A stretch of DNA of 64,000 bases from Thermoplasmata archaeon (GCA_021789945.1 JAJYIS010000001.1:13476-77475), one strand, 5' to 3'; counted from the stretch's first letter, positions 27,068-37,491 are shown. Translations and numbers: made by a program. Notes: generated by a model from the sequence alone, not told the origin.

Positions 27068-27892
27068 GTGATCGACGCGAAGCCCAGGGTCATCTTTGTC
27101 TCAGAAGGCCACGAGATCACCCACAGGCAGATGCAGGCCCTCGCGGAGCTCAACCTGAAAGGGAGCATGAAGAAGGCAGCCGCGTCCCTGGGGATATCGA
27201 CGCCGGTCCTGCACAAGTACATACACGAGGTCGAGGAGAAGGCGGACCTGGAGCTCGTCACGACGACCAGCACCGGCAGCCGGCTGACGAAGGACGGGTT
27301 AGAGCTCCTCAAGAAGTTCGGGGAGTTCGAGCTCCGGCTCCAGGACGACGAGCATCTCAGGGTCGCGGGGACGATAGTCTCCCAGAGGAGCGTCCTCGTC
27401 GCGGCGTCCGAGATCTCCCAGGCAGGCAAGGTCTGCATGGTCACCATAGCCACGGACGAGCAGAATCTGAGGCTCATGCGCGAGGGGAGGGTGGACTGCG
27501 TGGTCTTCGACGACGCGATCAACGCGATGGAGAATGCCCCTGAGCGGGACGTGTGCGAGATCGGCACAGACATGCTGATGCACAGGGACAACGGCCCGAG
27601 GCATGCGCGCATGGCGTTCGGCGCGCAGAGGATCGCCTTCAGGCACCTCGACGAGCAGGAGATACCGCACGAGGTCGTGAGGATGTTCCACGAGCCGACC
27701 ATGGTCGACCGCACCGAGCTGAGCTACTTCATCAACAGGAGCCTCGTGCGCACGGGCGTGGTCAAGGCCGTGGGTGCGAAGGACGCGCCGTGGTCTTTGC
27801 ACTCGATCTCCGCGCTGCAGTGCTCGGAGCATGGGGACCTGCCGGCGTTCTTGGAAGAGGCCAGGGAGGCTTGGATTTACCGGAAAGGGTAA
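27068..27892 (+). CDS. LysR/ModE-like HTH transcriptional regulator
   Basis: GSMKKAAASLGISTPVLHKYIHEVE...SRLTKDG HTH_1 pattern. Confidence 0.8.
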   Translation: MIDAKPRVIFVSEGHEITHRQMQALAELNLKGSMKKAAASLGISTPVLHKYIHEVEEKADLELVTTTSTGSRLTKDGLELLKKFGEFELRLQDDEHLRVAGTIVSQRSVLVAASEISQAGKVCMVTIATDEQNLRLMREGRVDCVVFDDAINAMENAPERDVCEIGTDMLMHRDNGPRHARMAFGAQRIAFRHLDEQEIPHEVVRMFHEPTMVDRTELSYFINRSLVRTGVVKAVGAKDAPWSLHSISALQCSEHGDLPAFLEEAREAWIYRKG

Positions 27893-27949
27893 CGCTTAAC
27901 CCTTATCAGCAAAACCCTGATATATGGCCATAGCCCTGACATAGCCTCG

Positions 27950-28474
27950 GTGAGTAGCTTGGCGGAGGCTAAGGTACCTAATCCGGAGTTCACCCGGAAG
28001 GTCATCGAGCAAGGGGGCAAGACGGTCAACCTGTGCTTCCAATGCGGAACATGCACGGGCAGCTGTCCGTCTGGACGGCAGACCGCTTTCAGAGTGAGGA
28101 AGGTCGTGAGGAGGGCTCAGTTGGGGTTCGAGGAGGACGTGCTGCCGTCGGAGGACCTGTGGCTGTGCACCACGTGCTTCACGTGCTACGAGAGATGCCC
28201 GAGGGGCGTCGAGATCGTGGACATCATCATGGCCCTCAGGAACATGGCCGTGCGGAAGGGCTACATGGCCGAGCCGCACAGGAAGGTCGCGGAGCTGATC
28301 TCCAAGACCGGGCACATGGTCTCGCTGAGGGACGAGGACAAGGCGCTGAGAAAGAAGCTCGGGCTGCAGGAGACCCCGCCGACGGTGCTCTCGGACCCGA
28401 AGATGCTGGAGCAGGTCAAGAAGATCACGGAGCTCTGCGGCTTCGACAAGCTCGTCGCCTCCGGAGGGAAGTGA
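27950..28474 (+). CDS. hdrC: Heterodisulfide reductase subunit C
   Basis: CFQCGTCTGSCPSG and LWLCTTCFTCYERCPRGV motifs. Confidence 0.93.
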   Translation: MSSLAEAKVPNPEFTRKVIEQGGKTVNLCFQCGTCTGSCPSGRQTAFRVRKVVRRAQLGFEEDVLPSEDLWLCTTCFTCYERCPRGVEIVDIIMALRNMAVRKGYMAEPHRKVAELISKTGHMVSLRDEDKALRKKLGLQETPPTVLSDPKMLEQVKKITELCGFDKLVASGGK

Positions 28475-28475
28475 C

Positions 28476-29333
28476 ATGGCGAAGTACGCGTTCTTCCTGG
28501 GCTGCATCATGCCGCTCAGGTATCCAGGGATCGAGAGCTCGACCAGGGAGGTCATGAAGTCGCTCGGCGTCGAGCTCGTCGACATGCAGGGCGCGAGCTG
28601 CTGCCCGGCGCCCGGGGTCACGAGGTCCTTCGACCAGAACTACTGGATGAGCCTCGCGGCGAGGAACCTCACGATAGCGGAGAAGATGGGCATGGACGTG
28701 CTCACGATCTGCAACGGCTGCTTCGACACGCTCTTCGAGACCGCCCACAAGCTCAACCACGACCCCGAGCTGAGGAAGAAGGTCAACAAGACGCTCAGGG
28801 ACGCGACGGGCGTGGAGTACAACGGCACGGTCAACGTGCGCCACTTCGTCGAGCTGCTGTACCGCGATGTCGGCCTCGACGCGATCAAGTCGAAGGTCAA
28901 GGGGGGCAAGAACCTCAAGGCCGCGGTGCACTACGGCTGCCACTTCCTCAAGCCGAGCAACATCAAGAAGATCGACGACGCCGAGAGGCCGCACGTCTTC
29001 GACGACATAGTCGAGGCCGCGGGCATGACGAGCGTCGCGTACAAGGACAAGGGGATGTGCTGCGGCGCAGGCGGAGGCGTGAGGGCGAGGACCCCGGACG
29101 TCGCGCTCAAGATGACGAAGGAGAACCTGGTTAACATGCAGGCCGCGGGCGTCGATGTCATCGTGGACTGCTGCCCGTTCTGCCACCTGCAGTACGACGT
29201 CGGCCAGGTGCAGCTCAAGGAGCTGCAGCAGAAGATACCGGTCCTGCACCTCTCGCAGCTGCTCGGCCTGGCTTTCGGGCTCGAGAAGGACAAGCTGGGG
29301 CTCGAGGTACACCAGGTCAAGGTAAACCTCTAG
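28476..29333 (+). CDS. hdrB: Heterodisulfide reductase subunit B
   Basis: FFLGC, SCCPAPG, CNGC, HYGCH, CCGAGGG and CCPFCHLQYD (two CCG domains). Confidence 0.94.
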   Translation: MAKYAFFLGCIMPLRYPGIESSTREVMKSLGVELVDMQGASCCPAPGVTRSFDQNYWMSLAARNLTIAEKMGMDVLTICNGCFDTLFETAHKLNHDPELRKKVNKTLRDATGVEYNGTVNVRHFVELLYRDVGLDAIKSKVKGGKNLKAAVHYGCHFLKPSNIKKIDDAERPHVFDDIVEAAGMTSVAYKDKGMCCGAGGGVRARTPDVALKMTKENLVNMQAAGVDVIVDCCPFCHLQYDVGQVQLKELQQKIPVLHLSQLLGLAFGLEKDKLGLEVHQVKVNL

Positions 29334-29353
29334 GATGGAAGGAAGTCCCGGAG

Positions 29354-29626
29354 ATGCACGTCGCACGCGTAATGGCCATAACCGAGGTGAGGAGCGTGCC
29401 TCCGGACATCCGGCCATTTGTCGATTTCAAGGCCGCGGTGGAGGACCGGAAGCTCTCGGAGGACGAGAGGGTCGCGATCCTGGTCATCGAGACGACCACG
29501 AGCTACTTCCCCGTCTTCCTGAAGGACCCCGTGACCATGGAGAAGCTCGAGTCGGACCTTGAGAAGCAGGACGCGAAGCTGGCATCGGACTCGAAGGAGC
29601 TGCTCTCGAAGCACCTGAGGCGGTAG
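29354..29626 (+). CDS. DUF749 family protein
   Basis: PFVDFKAAVEDRKL...AILVIETTTSY...QDAKLASDSKELLSKHL matches the DUF749 pattern that follows hdrCB in methanogens. Confidence 0.75.
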   Translation: MHVARVMAITEVRSVPPDIRPFVDFKAAVEDRKLSEDERVAILVIETTTSYFPVFLKDPVTMEKLESDLEKQDAKLASDSKELLSKHLRR

Positions 29627-29708
29627 TCCTCAGACAAAGTTCTTATCGAACCTTGCGATTCACCGACTTGCAGAGCGCGTTGTTCAGCCTGACCGGGAGC
29701 GGCATCTG

Positions 29709-29849
29709 ATGGCGAAGAAGTTGTACAAGTGTTTCACTTGTGGCAAGATCTACGAAGACGAGGGGGCCGCCATGAAGTGCCACGACGGGCCGATCCAGAA
29801 GCTCGTCCAGAACGACAAGGCGGGCAAGCCCAGGTTCCTTGGGAACTGA
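29709..29849 (+). CDS. 46-aa C2H2-like zinc-finger microprotein (absent from ORF track)
   Basis: MAKKLYKCFTCGKIYEDEGAAMKCHDGPIQKLVQNDKAGKPRFLGN; host codon usage; fills the intergenic gap. Confidence 0.7.
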   Translation: MAKKLYKCFTCGKIYEDEGAAMKCHDGPIQKLVQNDKAGKPRFLGN

Positions 29850-29900
29850 GCGCGACCGCCCAGGTTTCGACCGACGCGAGGGCATCACAGGGGCACCGAC

Positions 29901-31313
29901 ATGGTCATCGAGCAGTTGCACAGGGAGATAGACAGAGACTGGGCCAAGCATCTGAGGATCACGCGGGAGATCCTGAGGATACCGAGCGTCTCCTCCACGG
30001 GCGAAGGGATCCAGGAGACGGCGGATGCCTTGGAGAAGCTGCTGAAGGGAATGGGCGCCAAGACTAAGCAGTTCAGGGCCACGAGCAAGAGCCACCCGCT
30101 AGTGTACGGGCACCTGGATGTCGGTGCGAAGCACACCGGAGCGGTCTATGGCATGTACGATGTCCAGCCGATAGGAGACCCCGAGGCATGGGAGCAGCCT
30201 CCGTTCGGCGCGACGATCGTCAAGAAAAAGCCGTTCGGGGAGATCCTCGTGAACAGGGGAGTCTACAACTCCAAGGGAGCGCTCCTCGGATCGACTCTCG
30301 CAGTCCAGACGATGCTCGACAAGGGTGAGTTGCCAGTCAACCTTCATTTCCTGCTCGAGGGAGAAGAGGAATCGGGCGGCGCGAGCCTCCCGACTTTCGT
30401 CAAGAAGAACAAGAAACTCCTGTCCGACGCCGACGCGGGGTTCTGCTTCGACTACAGCGAGGACTCGAACGGCCAGGTGGACATCGCGCTCGGGATCAAG
30501 GGATGCGTGACATTCGACCTCATCGCCGAGGGGAAGGACCGGGGCGGCCCGAGCGAGGGGCCGGTCCACAGCAGCGTCTCGGTGATCCTCGAGAGCCCAG
30601 TGATCCGGCTGGTCAAGGCGCTCTCGACGCTCTTCGACGAGAACCAGGATCCGGCAGTGGACGGCATGAATGAGATCGTGAGGAAGCCCACCGCGCAGGA
30701 GCTCGAGCTCACGAGGAAGCTCTCCAAGAGGTTCGACATGAAGGGATACCTCGAAGAGTGCGGGGCCAAGAAGTTCAAGGTCAAGGGCACCGAGGAGGAG
30801 ATACTCCGCAAGTACCTGTTCGAGCCGTCTATCAACATCGCGGGCCTGCTTTCAGGGTACACCGAGGACGGCTACAGCACGATACTCCCCGACAAGGCGC
30901 TGGCGAAGGTCGACATCAGGGTCGTGCCGGACTTGACCACCGAGGGCACTAGGGAGCTTGTGAGGAAGCATCTCGACCAGAGGGGGTTCACGGACATCAA
31001 GATCACGCGGTACCCGGACTATCCGTGGTCGAAGGTCCCTCTCGAGGCTGACATCACGCAGGCCTACATCAAGGGGATCAAGTTCCACGGCAAGGACCCG
31101 AAGATATGGCCGATGATGGCCGGGTCGGCGCCGATGTTCATATTCGATGATATCCTCGGGATACCCTACGGGGGGACCGGGCTGGGGTTCGGCGGCAGGG
31201 CCCACGCGCCGAACGAGTTCGCGGTCGTGTCGACGATGAAGGACTTCGAGAAGAGCGTGGTATCGATCTTCTGCAAGTACGACGAGGTCGCATCGAAGAA
31301 GCCGAACACATGA
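29901..31313 (+). CDS. M20/M25/M40 family metallopeptidase (dipeptidase-like)
   Basis: YGMYDVQP, RGVYNSKG, EGEEESGG and GRAHAPNEF motifs. Confidence 0.9.
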   Translation: MVIEQLHREIDRDWAKHLRITREILRIPSVSSTGEGIQETADALEKLLKGMGAKTKQFRATSKSHPLVYGHLDVGAKHTGAVYGMYDVQPIGDPEAWEQPPFGATIVKKKPFGEILVNRGVYNSKGALLGSTLAVQTMLDKGELPVNLHFLLEGEEESGGASLPTFVKKNKKLLSDADAGFCFDYSEDSNGQVDIALGIKGCVTFDLIAEGKDRGGPSEGPVHSSVSVILESPVIRLVKALSTLFDENQDPAVDGMNEIVRKPTAQELELTRKLSKRFDMKGYLEECGAKKFKVKGTEEEILRKYLFEPSINIAGLLSGYTEDGYSTILPDKALAKVDIRVVPDLTTEGTRELVRKHLDQRGFTDIKITRYPDYPWSKVPLEADITQAYIKGIKFHGKDPKIWPMMAGSAPMFIFDDILGIPYGGTGLGFGGRAHAPNEFAVVSTMKDFEKSVVSIFCKYDEVASKKPNT

Positions 31314-31490
31314 AGGGCTCGAGCAGGAAGGACGGCCGGAAGGCCGACCACGGTTTCCGATGCGCGAATCCGCCGAGGATGTGGCAGGCCAGCAACAAAT
31401 CATTTTATAGCGTGTAGTCAATCTTCATCCAGTTGGGGGACTGGGTGAGAGCCCGGTCGTCTGCGGAGGAAAGAGGGCGGGGTTTAGACC

Positions 31491-34400
31491 ATGACGACGT
31501 TCGCTTTCAGAGCGACTCGTGTGCTGGCTGTGTTGATCGTGGGGACGATGCTCGCATCATCGGTGCCGACCGTGCTGCTGCTGAGGGAAGGAACGATGAA
31601 TGCGGCGGCCGTGGAGTACTATGTCAAGTGCGCCATGACGCAGGACATCGAGATATGGAACCCGCTGAACATCGCTCTGGTGTCAGAGTTCATCTCGACC
31701 TACATGATATTCAGCGTGCTGTTCCAGTATACGGAGGACTGGACAGGGCCGGTGAACGACCTCGCCACCGACTACTATCAGGTCACTCATTCGCCTCAGA
31801 ACAACATGACCACCTACATCAACATCACGCACAACGCCTACTTCAGGAACATGGCGAATCCCACGGATGTGTCGCATCCCCTGACCGCCGCGGATGTGGT
31901 GTTCTCGATCAAGCTGATACTGGCGCACCCGGGAGGCGCCTGGGACGACTACCTCACGGGAATAACCGGCGTGAACGCGACCGGCACCTACCAGGTCGCG
32001 ATCGACACGGCGTACCAGAAATCCACCCTGATATACGACCTCGTCTGGATACCCATCCTGCCGATGTACCAGTGGTCGGGGGTGGCGGGGGGCCAGATAC
32101 TCACCAACAAGGCTCCGGACTGGCTGGTCGGAAGCGGCCCCTTCATGTTCAACACATCGGTGGCTGGACAGTACTACAAGTTCGACAAAGCGCCGAACTA
32201 CCACGGGTCGACGGACTACCCCTCAGGACCGGACGAGAGGGTCGTTGACTTCGACGGGGTCATCCTGAGCATCTATACGGCCACGTCAGCGATGCTCTTC
32301 GACGTGAACAGCGGAGCCGTCGACGCTGCTGATTTCTCGGGGCAGCCGCAGGTGTTCCTGCAGTCCGTGGGACAGGGCGCGCCGTTCGTGCAGAAGTACG
32401 TCACTCAGGAGATGGGCATAATCGATGTCGCGATCAACGCCATCCCTATGGACTTCAGAAAGGGCGCATACGGGACTGGCAACCCGCTGCTGCTCGACCC
32501 GAACGTCCGTCAGGCTATCCTGATGACCCAGAACAAGTCGAGGATTGCCAACGGCCTGATGCTGGGCCTGCCGACAATAGCCGACTCTGTGATACCTCCA
32601 GGACCGTGGCACTACAACATCACCGGACTGATCACGTACAACCCTGCCGGAGGCAAGACGCTGCTCTTGAATCATGGATACACGGACTCGAACGGCGATG
32701 GGATCCTCGAGGCGACCGCATCCGCGTACCCGGTGACGATGGGCTGGGCGAGTGTGGGAGACCCACTGAGCTTCCGGCTGAGGGTGCCGGACACGGACCC
32801 CACCTATGACACGATCGCGCGGGACTGGCCGCAGTGGGCGCTGCAGGCTGGCATTCAGCTCAACTACGGTGGGCCGACGCCAGAGAAGATCATGGTCAAC
32901 AACGACTGGTACCAGTCCGACTACGACATCTGGGTATGGGCATGGTACTGGACCTCGGAGCCGCTGTCGAACCTGGCCGTCTGGCAGACCTCCCAGCTAC
33001 GCTCAGGCGGCGACAACTGCCAGATGCCGATGGGCCCGTGGTGGTACTCCGCGAAGAACTCCACGACCGGAGTCGCGTACTCGGCCTACGATGAGAACTT
33101 CTCGCTCGCGCAGAGGACGCTGGATCCAGTCGCACGGAAGGTTATCACTGACAAGCTCCAGCAATGGATATATGACTCGTGGTGCGAGCCGGTTCCGATA
33201 TACCCCGCAGGGCTCTGGAGCGTCAGCACGAAGCGGTTCACCGGCTGGGGGAACTGGTCCCAGCACATCGGGCTGGCGTTCGAATCCGACCTGCCTTGGA
33301 TCTGGTTCCGCCTGCAGCCGACCGGCGCGAACATGGCCCCGGAGATCGACAACCAGCTGCAGCAGTACTACGACATCGTCTTGGGGGACTCGCAGGTCTT
33401 CACGATAACCGCGCACGACCCCGAGGGAGACCCGTTGACGGTCACATGGGACTTCGGGGACGGAACCACGGCCGTCAACACGAGCTCGTCCGGTACCGGG
33501 AGCCCGACCGTCTTCACAAGATCGCACACCTTCAGTGCGCTTGCGATGCCGCCCACAGGGCTCTCAATGAGCGTGAACGTCTCGGACGGGAATCCTGGCA
33601 ACTACGTCGTCACGCGCGCGACGGTCTATGTAATCCCTGCCCCTGACACGGTGCCGCAGCTCTCGTTCCCGATCCTGTCGGACCCGATCGACAGCGCGTA
33701 TGTCGGGGATACCGTGACCTGGACCGCGGGCGCCAAGGACGCGGAGAGCGGCGGGACGAACGGGTTCGGGCTGCAGTTCACATGGGCATGGGACGACGGC
33801 ACGTACAACACGTCGCACTATCAGCCCACTGAGAACGGGACGCCGGTGATGGACACTGTGACGCATGTGTGGAGCGTGCCGAGCTCGGCCAATCCATACA
33901 ACGTAGAGCTGTTCGTCTGGGACGGCTCGCTGTTGCCAGGCCACAACGTGTCGCTCGGGGCGATTCCTTTCGAGGTGAAGGTGAATCAGCCGCCGGCCCT
34001 GCCGTCGATCTCGACCGTCACCGCCAACAGGAACGTGGCGGTCAACTGCCTAGCCTCGAGCAGCGACCCTGACGGGGACCCGATAAGGTTCACCTGGCAC
34101 TGGGACGACGGCACTTACAGCGTCACCCAGGGGCAGGCGGGACCTGACGAGATGGTCGTCTCGACGGTCAACCATACATGGGCGGCGGCTGGAAGCTTCC
34201 TCGTCGAGGTGTTCGCCGACGACCTTACGGGCAAGGCGGGGCACAACGTCACGGCGAACATAACGGCAGTGATATCGAACACGGGCACGAACGTCGCCCC
34301 GTGCGCCCTCGGCCTCCTGCCGGTGCCTGAGTCGACCTACCCATATCACGCGGTGACCTTCAACGCCAGCGCCGTCGACACCAACGGCGACACGCTGACT

Positions 34401-35378
34401 ATGTACCTGCTGTTCGGCGACGGCAACTCGACGACCAAGAGCACCGCCGGAGGGACGACCAGACAGAGCACCGACTTCACGCACGCGTACGCCTACGCCG
34501 GGACGTTCCTGGCCGAGCTCTGGGTGGACGACGCCAACGGCCACAACGTGACCATCAACGCGACAGTCTCTGTCCGCGAGAACAGCCCGCCGTGGCTGAT
34601 CCTCTCCTCGGAGGCGTCCGCGTACTACAACAAGGACTTCGTGCTCATCCCTGCGAGGGTGAGGGACAACGACTCCGACCCGCTGACCGTCTCGTATGAC
34701 TGGGGAGACGGCGAATGGAGCACGGGAGGCGCGCCGCCGACCTACCCGGGGAACCACACGTATCTGTCCATGGGCAACAAGACCGTGACCGTCTACGTCG
34801 ATGACGGGACCGGCCTAGCAGGCCACAACATCAGCAAGACGATAGAGATATCCATGAACGAGAACCTGAGGCCGAAGATAGTCGGAGAGGTCGTCGTGTG
34901 GCCCGCGAAGGCCCTGTACAAGCCCGGGGACAACCTGTCGTTCAACATAACCGTGAGCGACTACGAGGGCGACAAGGTCAACATCACGGTCGACTTCGGG
35001 GACGGCAGCGGTCCTGTGAAGGTGCCTATGTTCGACCCTGAGCCGGGCGAGAACGTCACGAAGACAGTGACGCACGTCTTCGAGAACGGCAGCGACACAC
35101 CGTACACGGTCACCGTGACCGTCGACGACGGACAGATAGCGTACCACTCGATCAAGACCTGGAACTTCGCAACGGTGTCCATCGAGGTCGAGAAGGAGGG
35201 CGGAGGCGGGGTCTCGGGATTGCTCCTGGGCCTCGGGATCGCGATAGTGGCCGTCGCGGCTCTGCTGGTGCTGTTCTTCCTGTTGAGGAGGAGGAAGAAG
35301 GAGCCGGGAGAGAAGCCCACGAAGGAGGTCGGAGGCATGGAGGGCATGGCCCCGCCGCCGGAGGCTCCCAAGAAGTGA
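31491..35378 (+). CDS. Peptide ABC transporter substrate-binding protein (family 5) fused to six PKD repeats and a C-terminal TM anchor
   Basis: LTAADVVFS, VGSGPF, LLLDPNVRQAI and YDIWVWAW SBP motifs; six (F/W/D)GDG/WDDG PKD signatures; LLLGLGIAIVAVAALLVLFFLL-RRRKK anchor. Confidence 0.85.
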   Translation: MTTFAFRATRVLAVLIVGTMLASSVPTVLLLREGTMNAAAVEYYVKCAMTQDIEIWNPLNIALVSEFISTYMIFSVLFQYTEDWTGPVNDLATDYYQVTHSPQNNMTTYINITHNAYFRNMANPTDVSHPLTAADVVFSIKLILAHPGGAWDDYLTGITGVNATGTYQVAIDTAYQKSTLIYDLVWIPILPMYQWSGVAGGQILTNKAPDWLVGSGPFMFNTSVAGQYYKFDKAPNYHGSTDYPSGPDERVVDFDGVILSIYTATSAMLFDVNSGAVDAADFSGQPQVFLQSVGQGAPFVQKYVTQEMGIIDVAINAIPMDFRKGAYGTGNPLLLDPNVRQAILMTQNKSRIANGLMLGLPTIADSVIPPGPWHYNITGLITYNPAGGKTLLLNHGYTDSNGDGILEATASAYPVTMGWASVGDPLSFRLRVPDTDPTYDTIARDWPQWALQAGIQLNYGGPTPEKIMVNNDWYQSDYDIWVWAWYWTSEPLSNLAVWQTSQLRSGGDNCQMPMGPWWYSAKNSTTGVAYSAYDENFSLAQRTLDPVARKVITDKLQQWIYDSWCEPVPIYPAGLWSVSTKRFTGWGNWSQHIGLAFESDLPWIWFRLQPTGANMAPEIDNQLQQYYDIVLGDSQVFTITAHDPEGDPLTVTWDFGDGTTAVNTSSSGTGSPTVFTRSHTFSALAMPPTGLSMSVNVSDGNPGNYVVTRATVYVIPAPDTVPQLSFPILSDPIDSAYVGDTVTWTAGAKDAESGGTNGFGLQFTWAWDDGTYNTSHYQPTENGTPVMDTVTHVWSVPSSANPYNVELFVWDGSLLPGHNVSLGAIPFEVKVNQPPALPSISTVTANRNVAVNCLASSSDPDGDPIRFTWHWDDGTYSVTQGQAGPDEMVVSTVNHTWAAAGSFLVEVFADDLTGKAGHNVTANITAVISNTGTNVAPCALGLLPVPESTYPYHAVTFNASAVDTNGDTLTMYLLFGDGNSTTKSTAGGTTRQSTDFTHAYAYAGTFLAELWVDDANGHNVTINATVSVRENSPPWLILSSEASAYYNKDFVLIPARVRDNDSDPLTVSYDWGDGEWSTGGAPPTYPGNHTYLSMGNKTVTVYVDDGTGLAGHNISKTIEISMNENLRPKIVGEVVVWPAKALYKPGDNLSFNITVSDYEGDKVNITVDFGDGSGPVKVPMFDPEPGENVTKTVTHVFENGSDTPYTVTVTVDDGQIAYHSIKTWNFATVSIEVEKEGGGGVSGLLLGLGIAIVAVAALLVLFFLLRRRKKEPGEKPTKEVGGMEGMAPPPEAPKK

Positions 35379-35464
35379 CCGTCCTGCAGAAACCCCTTCC
35401 CAAACTTCATTTATTCTCTCGATCCGCATGAACGAGCTCGGGGAACGGTGTCGGCTTGGCTTCG

Positions 35465-36436
35465 ATGAGGAGGATACTGGCGAAGAGGGTCATCAACGCG
35501 TTCATAACGATCATCCTCATCATGACCCTCAACTTCATGCTCTTCAGGTGGATGCCTGGCGACCCTGCGAAGCTGATGCTGAACCACTCCCCGCACGAGT
35601 CCGACTACGCCTACCTGCGCAACGTCGAGATCATGGGCCTGAACGACCCCCTCTGGGAGCAGTTCATAAAGTACTTCGCGATGACCTTCGAGGGCAACTG
35701 GGGTTTATCGTACGCCTTCGAGATGCCCGTGATAGACGTCATAGGCCAGGCCATCCTGTGGACGATCCTCCTCATGGGCGTGTCGACGTTCTTCACGTTC
35801 GTCGTGGGCGTCTGGCTGGGCAAGATCGCAGCGAGGAAGAGGGGGCGGTCCCCCGACCTGGCGATAACCGGCTTCGGGCTGTTCTTCTACGGCATGCCGA
35901 TCTTCTGGTTCGGCATCATGCTGCTGGTGATATTCGTCGGCTACTGGCACATCCTCCCCTCGAAGGGATACATGTCGGATGTGCCCCTGTACCCGATCAC
36001 GTTCGACAAAATCGTCGACATACTCACCCACCTCATCCTGCCGGCGGCGACCCTGACGATCGGGTCGATCGCGGGGGTGACGCTGATCATGCGCAACTCT
36101 TTGGTCGACGTCCTCACGGAGGACTACATCGTCACCGCGTACGCGAAGGGCCTTGACGACCGACAGGTCATGAGAAAGCACGCCTCCCCGAACGCCCGCC
36201 TCCCGATCGTGACGACCGTCGCGATGGACACGGCGTTCATCCTCGGTGGGGTGTTCCAGATCGAGGTGGTGTTCGGATACAAAGGCATCGGCTGGTACTC
36301 GATGCAGGCCATCTGGAACGAGGACTATCCTGTGCTCCAGTTCGTGTTCTTCATAGGCGGGGTCGCGGTCGTGCTCGCCAACCTCATCGCCGACATCATA
36401 CTGGTCCAGCTGGACCCGAGGGTGAAGATCACATGA
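35465..36436 (+). CDS. dppB: Peptide ABC transporter permease (DppB/OppB)
   Basis: MPGDPA, GLNDPLWEQF, EDYIVTAYAKGL (EAA loop) and DYPVLQ motifs. Confidence 0.92.
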   Translation: MRRILAKRVINAFITIILIMTLNFMLFRWMPGDPAKLMLNHSPHESDYAYLRNVEIMGLNDPLWEQFIKYFAMTFEGNWGLSYAFEMPVIDVIGQAILWTILLMGVSTFFTFVVGVWLGKIAARKRGRSPDLAITGFGLFFYGMPIFWFGIMLLVIFVGYWHILPSKGYMSDVPLYPITFDKIVDILTHLILPAATLTIGSIAGVTLIMRNSLVDVLTEDYIVTAYAKGLDDRQVMRKHASPNARLPIVTTVAMDTAFILGGVFQIEVVFGYKGIGWYSMQAIWNEDYPVLQFVFFIGGVAVVLANLIADIILVQLDPRVKIT

Positions 36437-37365
36437 AGTTCGAGAAGGTCCTCCCGGCCATCACTCAAAGGCTCTTCGCGTCCAGGCCGTTGCTGGCAGA
36501 CAAGCTCGGCCTCCTTGCGAGGGACGCGGGAAAGGTGACCGACCTGTTCCTCAAGACCTGGCTGGGCAGGGTCGGCATGGCCATCATACTGTTCTTCGTG
36601 ATACTGTCGATATTCACGCAGCTCGCGGTGCCCTACGATCCCAGGATCGGCTCGGACGACATCCGCCAGGACAGCAGCTGGGAGCATCCTTTCGGCACGG
36701 ACGACATCGGGAGGGACGTCCTTGTCAGGACGCTCCACGGGACGGCGGCATCGCTCACGGTGGGGTTCGTCGCGATGGCCATCTCGATGGGGCTTGGGAC
36801 CGTGGTCGGCCTCGCCTCGGGCTACGCCGGGGGATGGAAGGACGAGGTCATCATGAGGATCAACGATGTCTTCCTGTCCATCCCGTGGCTCGTCCTTATG
36901 ATAGTCATTGCGGCGGTCATGCACACGCAGAGCCTGTGGGCGATAATCCTCGTGATAGGGATCACCGGCTGGTCGACGACCGCGAGGATAGTCCGGGCAC
37001 AGGTGCTCACGCTGAAGGAGAGACAGTTCGTCGAGCGCGCGCGGGCCATAGGCTCCCGCGACTGGCACATAATCAGGAAGCACATCCTGCCGAACGTCGT
37101 GCCCCTGATATTCGCGAACGCCATCCTCACGGTCGCGATCTCGATCCTCTCCGAGAGCACGCTCAGCTTCCTGGGGCTCGGCCCCAGGGATGTCGAGACC
37201 TGGGGGAAGATACTCGAGGACGCGTACAGGCTGAACGTCGAGATCGTCGGGCCGTACGCGTTCATAATAATGCCCGGGCTGTGCATCGTCTTCGTCGTCC
37301 TCGGGTTCACCTTCGTGGGGTACGCGATGGACGAGGTCCTCAACCCCAAGTTGAGGGTGAGATAG
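36433..37365 (+). CDS. dppC: Peptide ABC transporter permease (DppC/OppC)
   Basis: HPFGTDDIGRDV, FVERARAIG, KHILPN and ESTLSFLGLG motifs. Confidence 0.93.
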   Translation: MKFEKVLPAITQRLFASRPLLADKLGLLARDAGKVTDLFLKTWLGRVGMAIILFFVILSIFTQLAVPYDPRIGSDDIRQDSSWEHPFGTDDIGRDVLVRTLHGTAASLTVGFVAMAISMGLGTVVGLASGYAGGWKDEVIMRINDVFLSIPWLVLMIVIAAVMHTQSLWAIILVIGITGWSTTARIVRAQVLTLKERQFVERARAIGSRDWHIIRKHILPNVVPLIFANAILTVAISILSESTLSFLGLGPRDVETWGKILEDAYRLNVEIVGPYAFIIMPGLCIVFVVLGFTFVGYAMDEVLNPKLRVR

Positions 37366-37491
37366 GCCGTTCCGGGCACCAGCTGGCATGCCGCGAATTC
37401 GCAGCTCGCATGCCCTGTGCGAGACACGGCAATCTTTTAATATGGAAACCTGTTATCGAGCATCCCTAGTCAGCTAGACAGAGGTATCTCA

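Noticed and set aside
27950-29333. hdrCB as proof of methanogenesis or as selenoproteins
   Set aside because: No mcr, hdrA or mvh in the window; HdrBC occurs in many non-methanogens; no in-frame TGA
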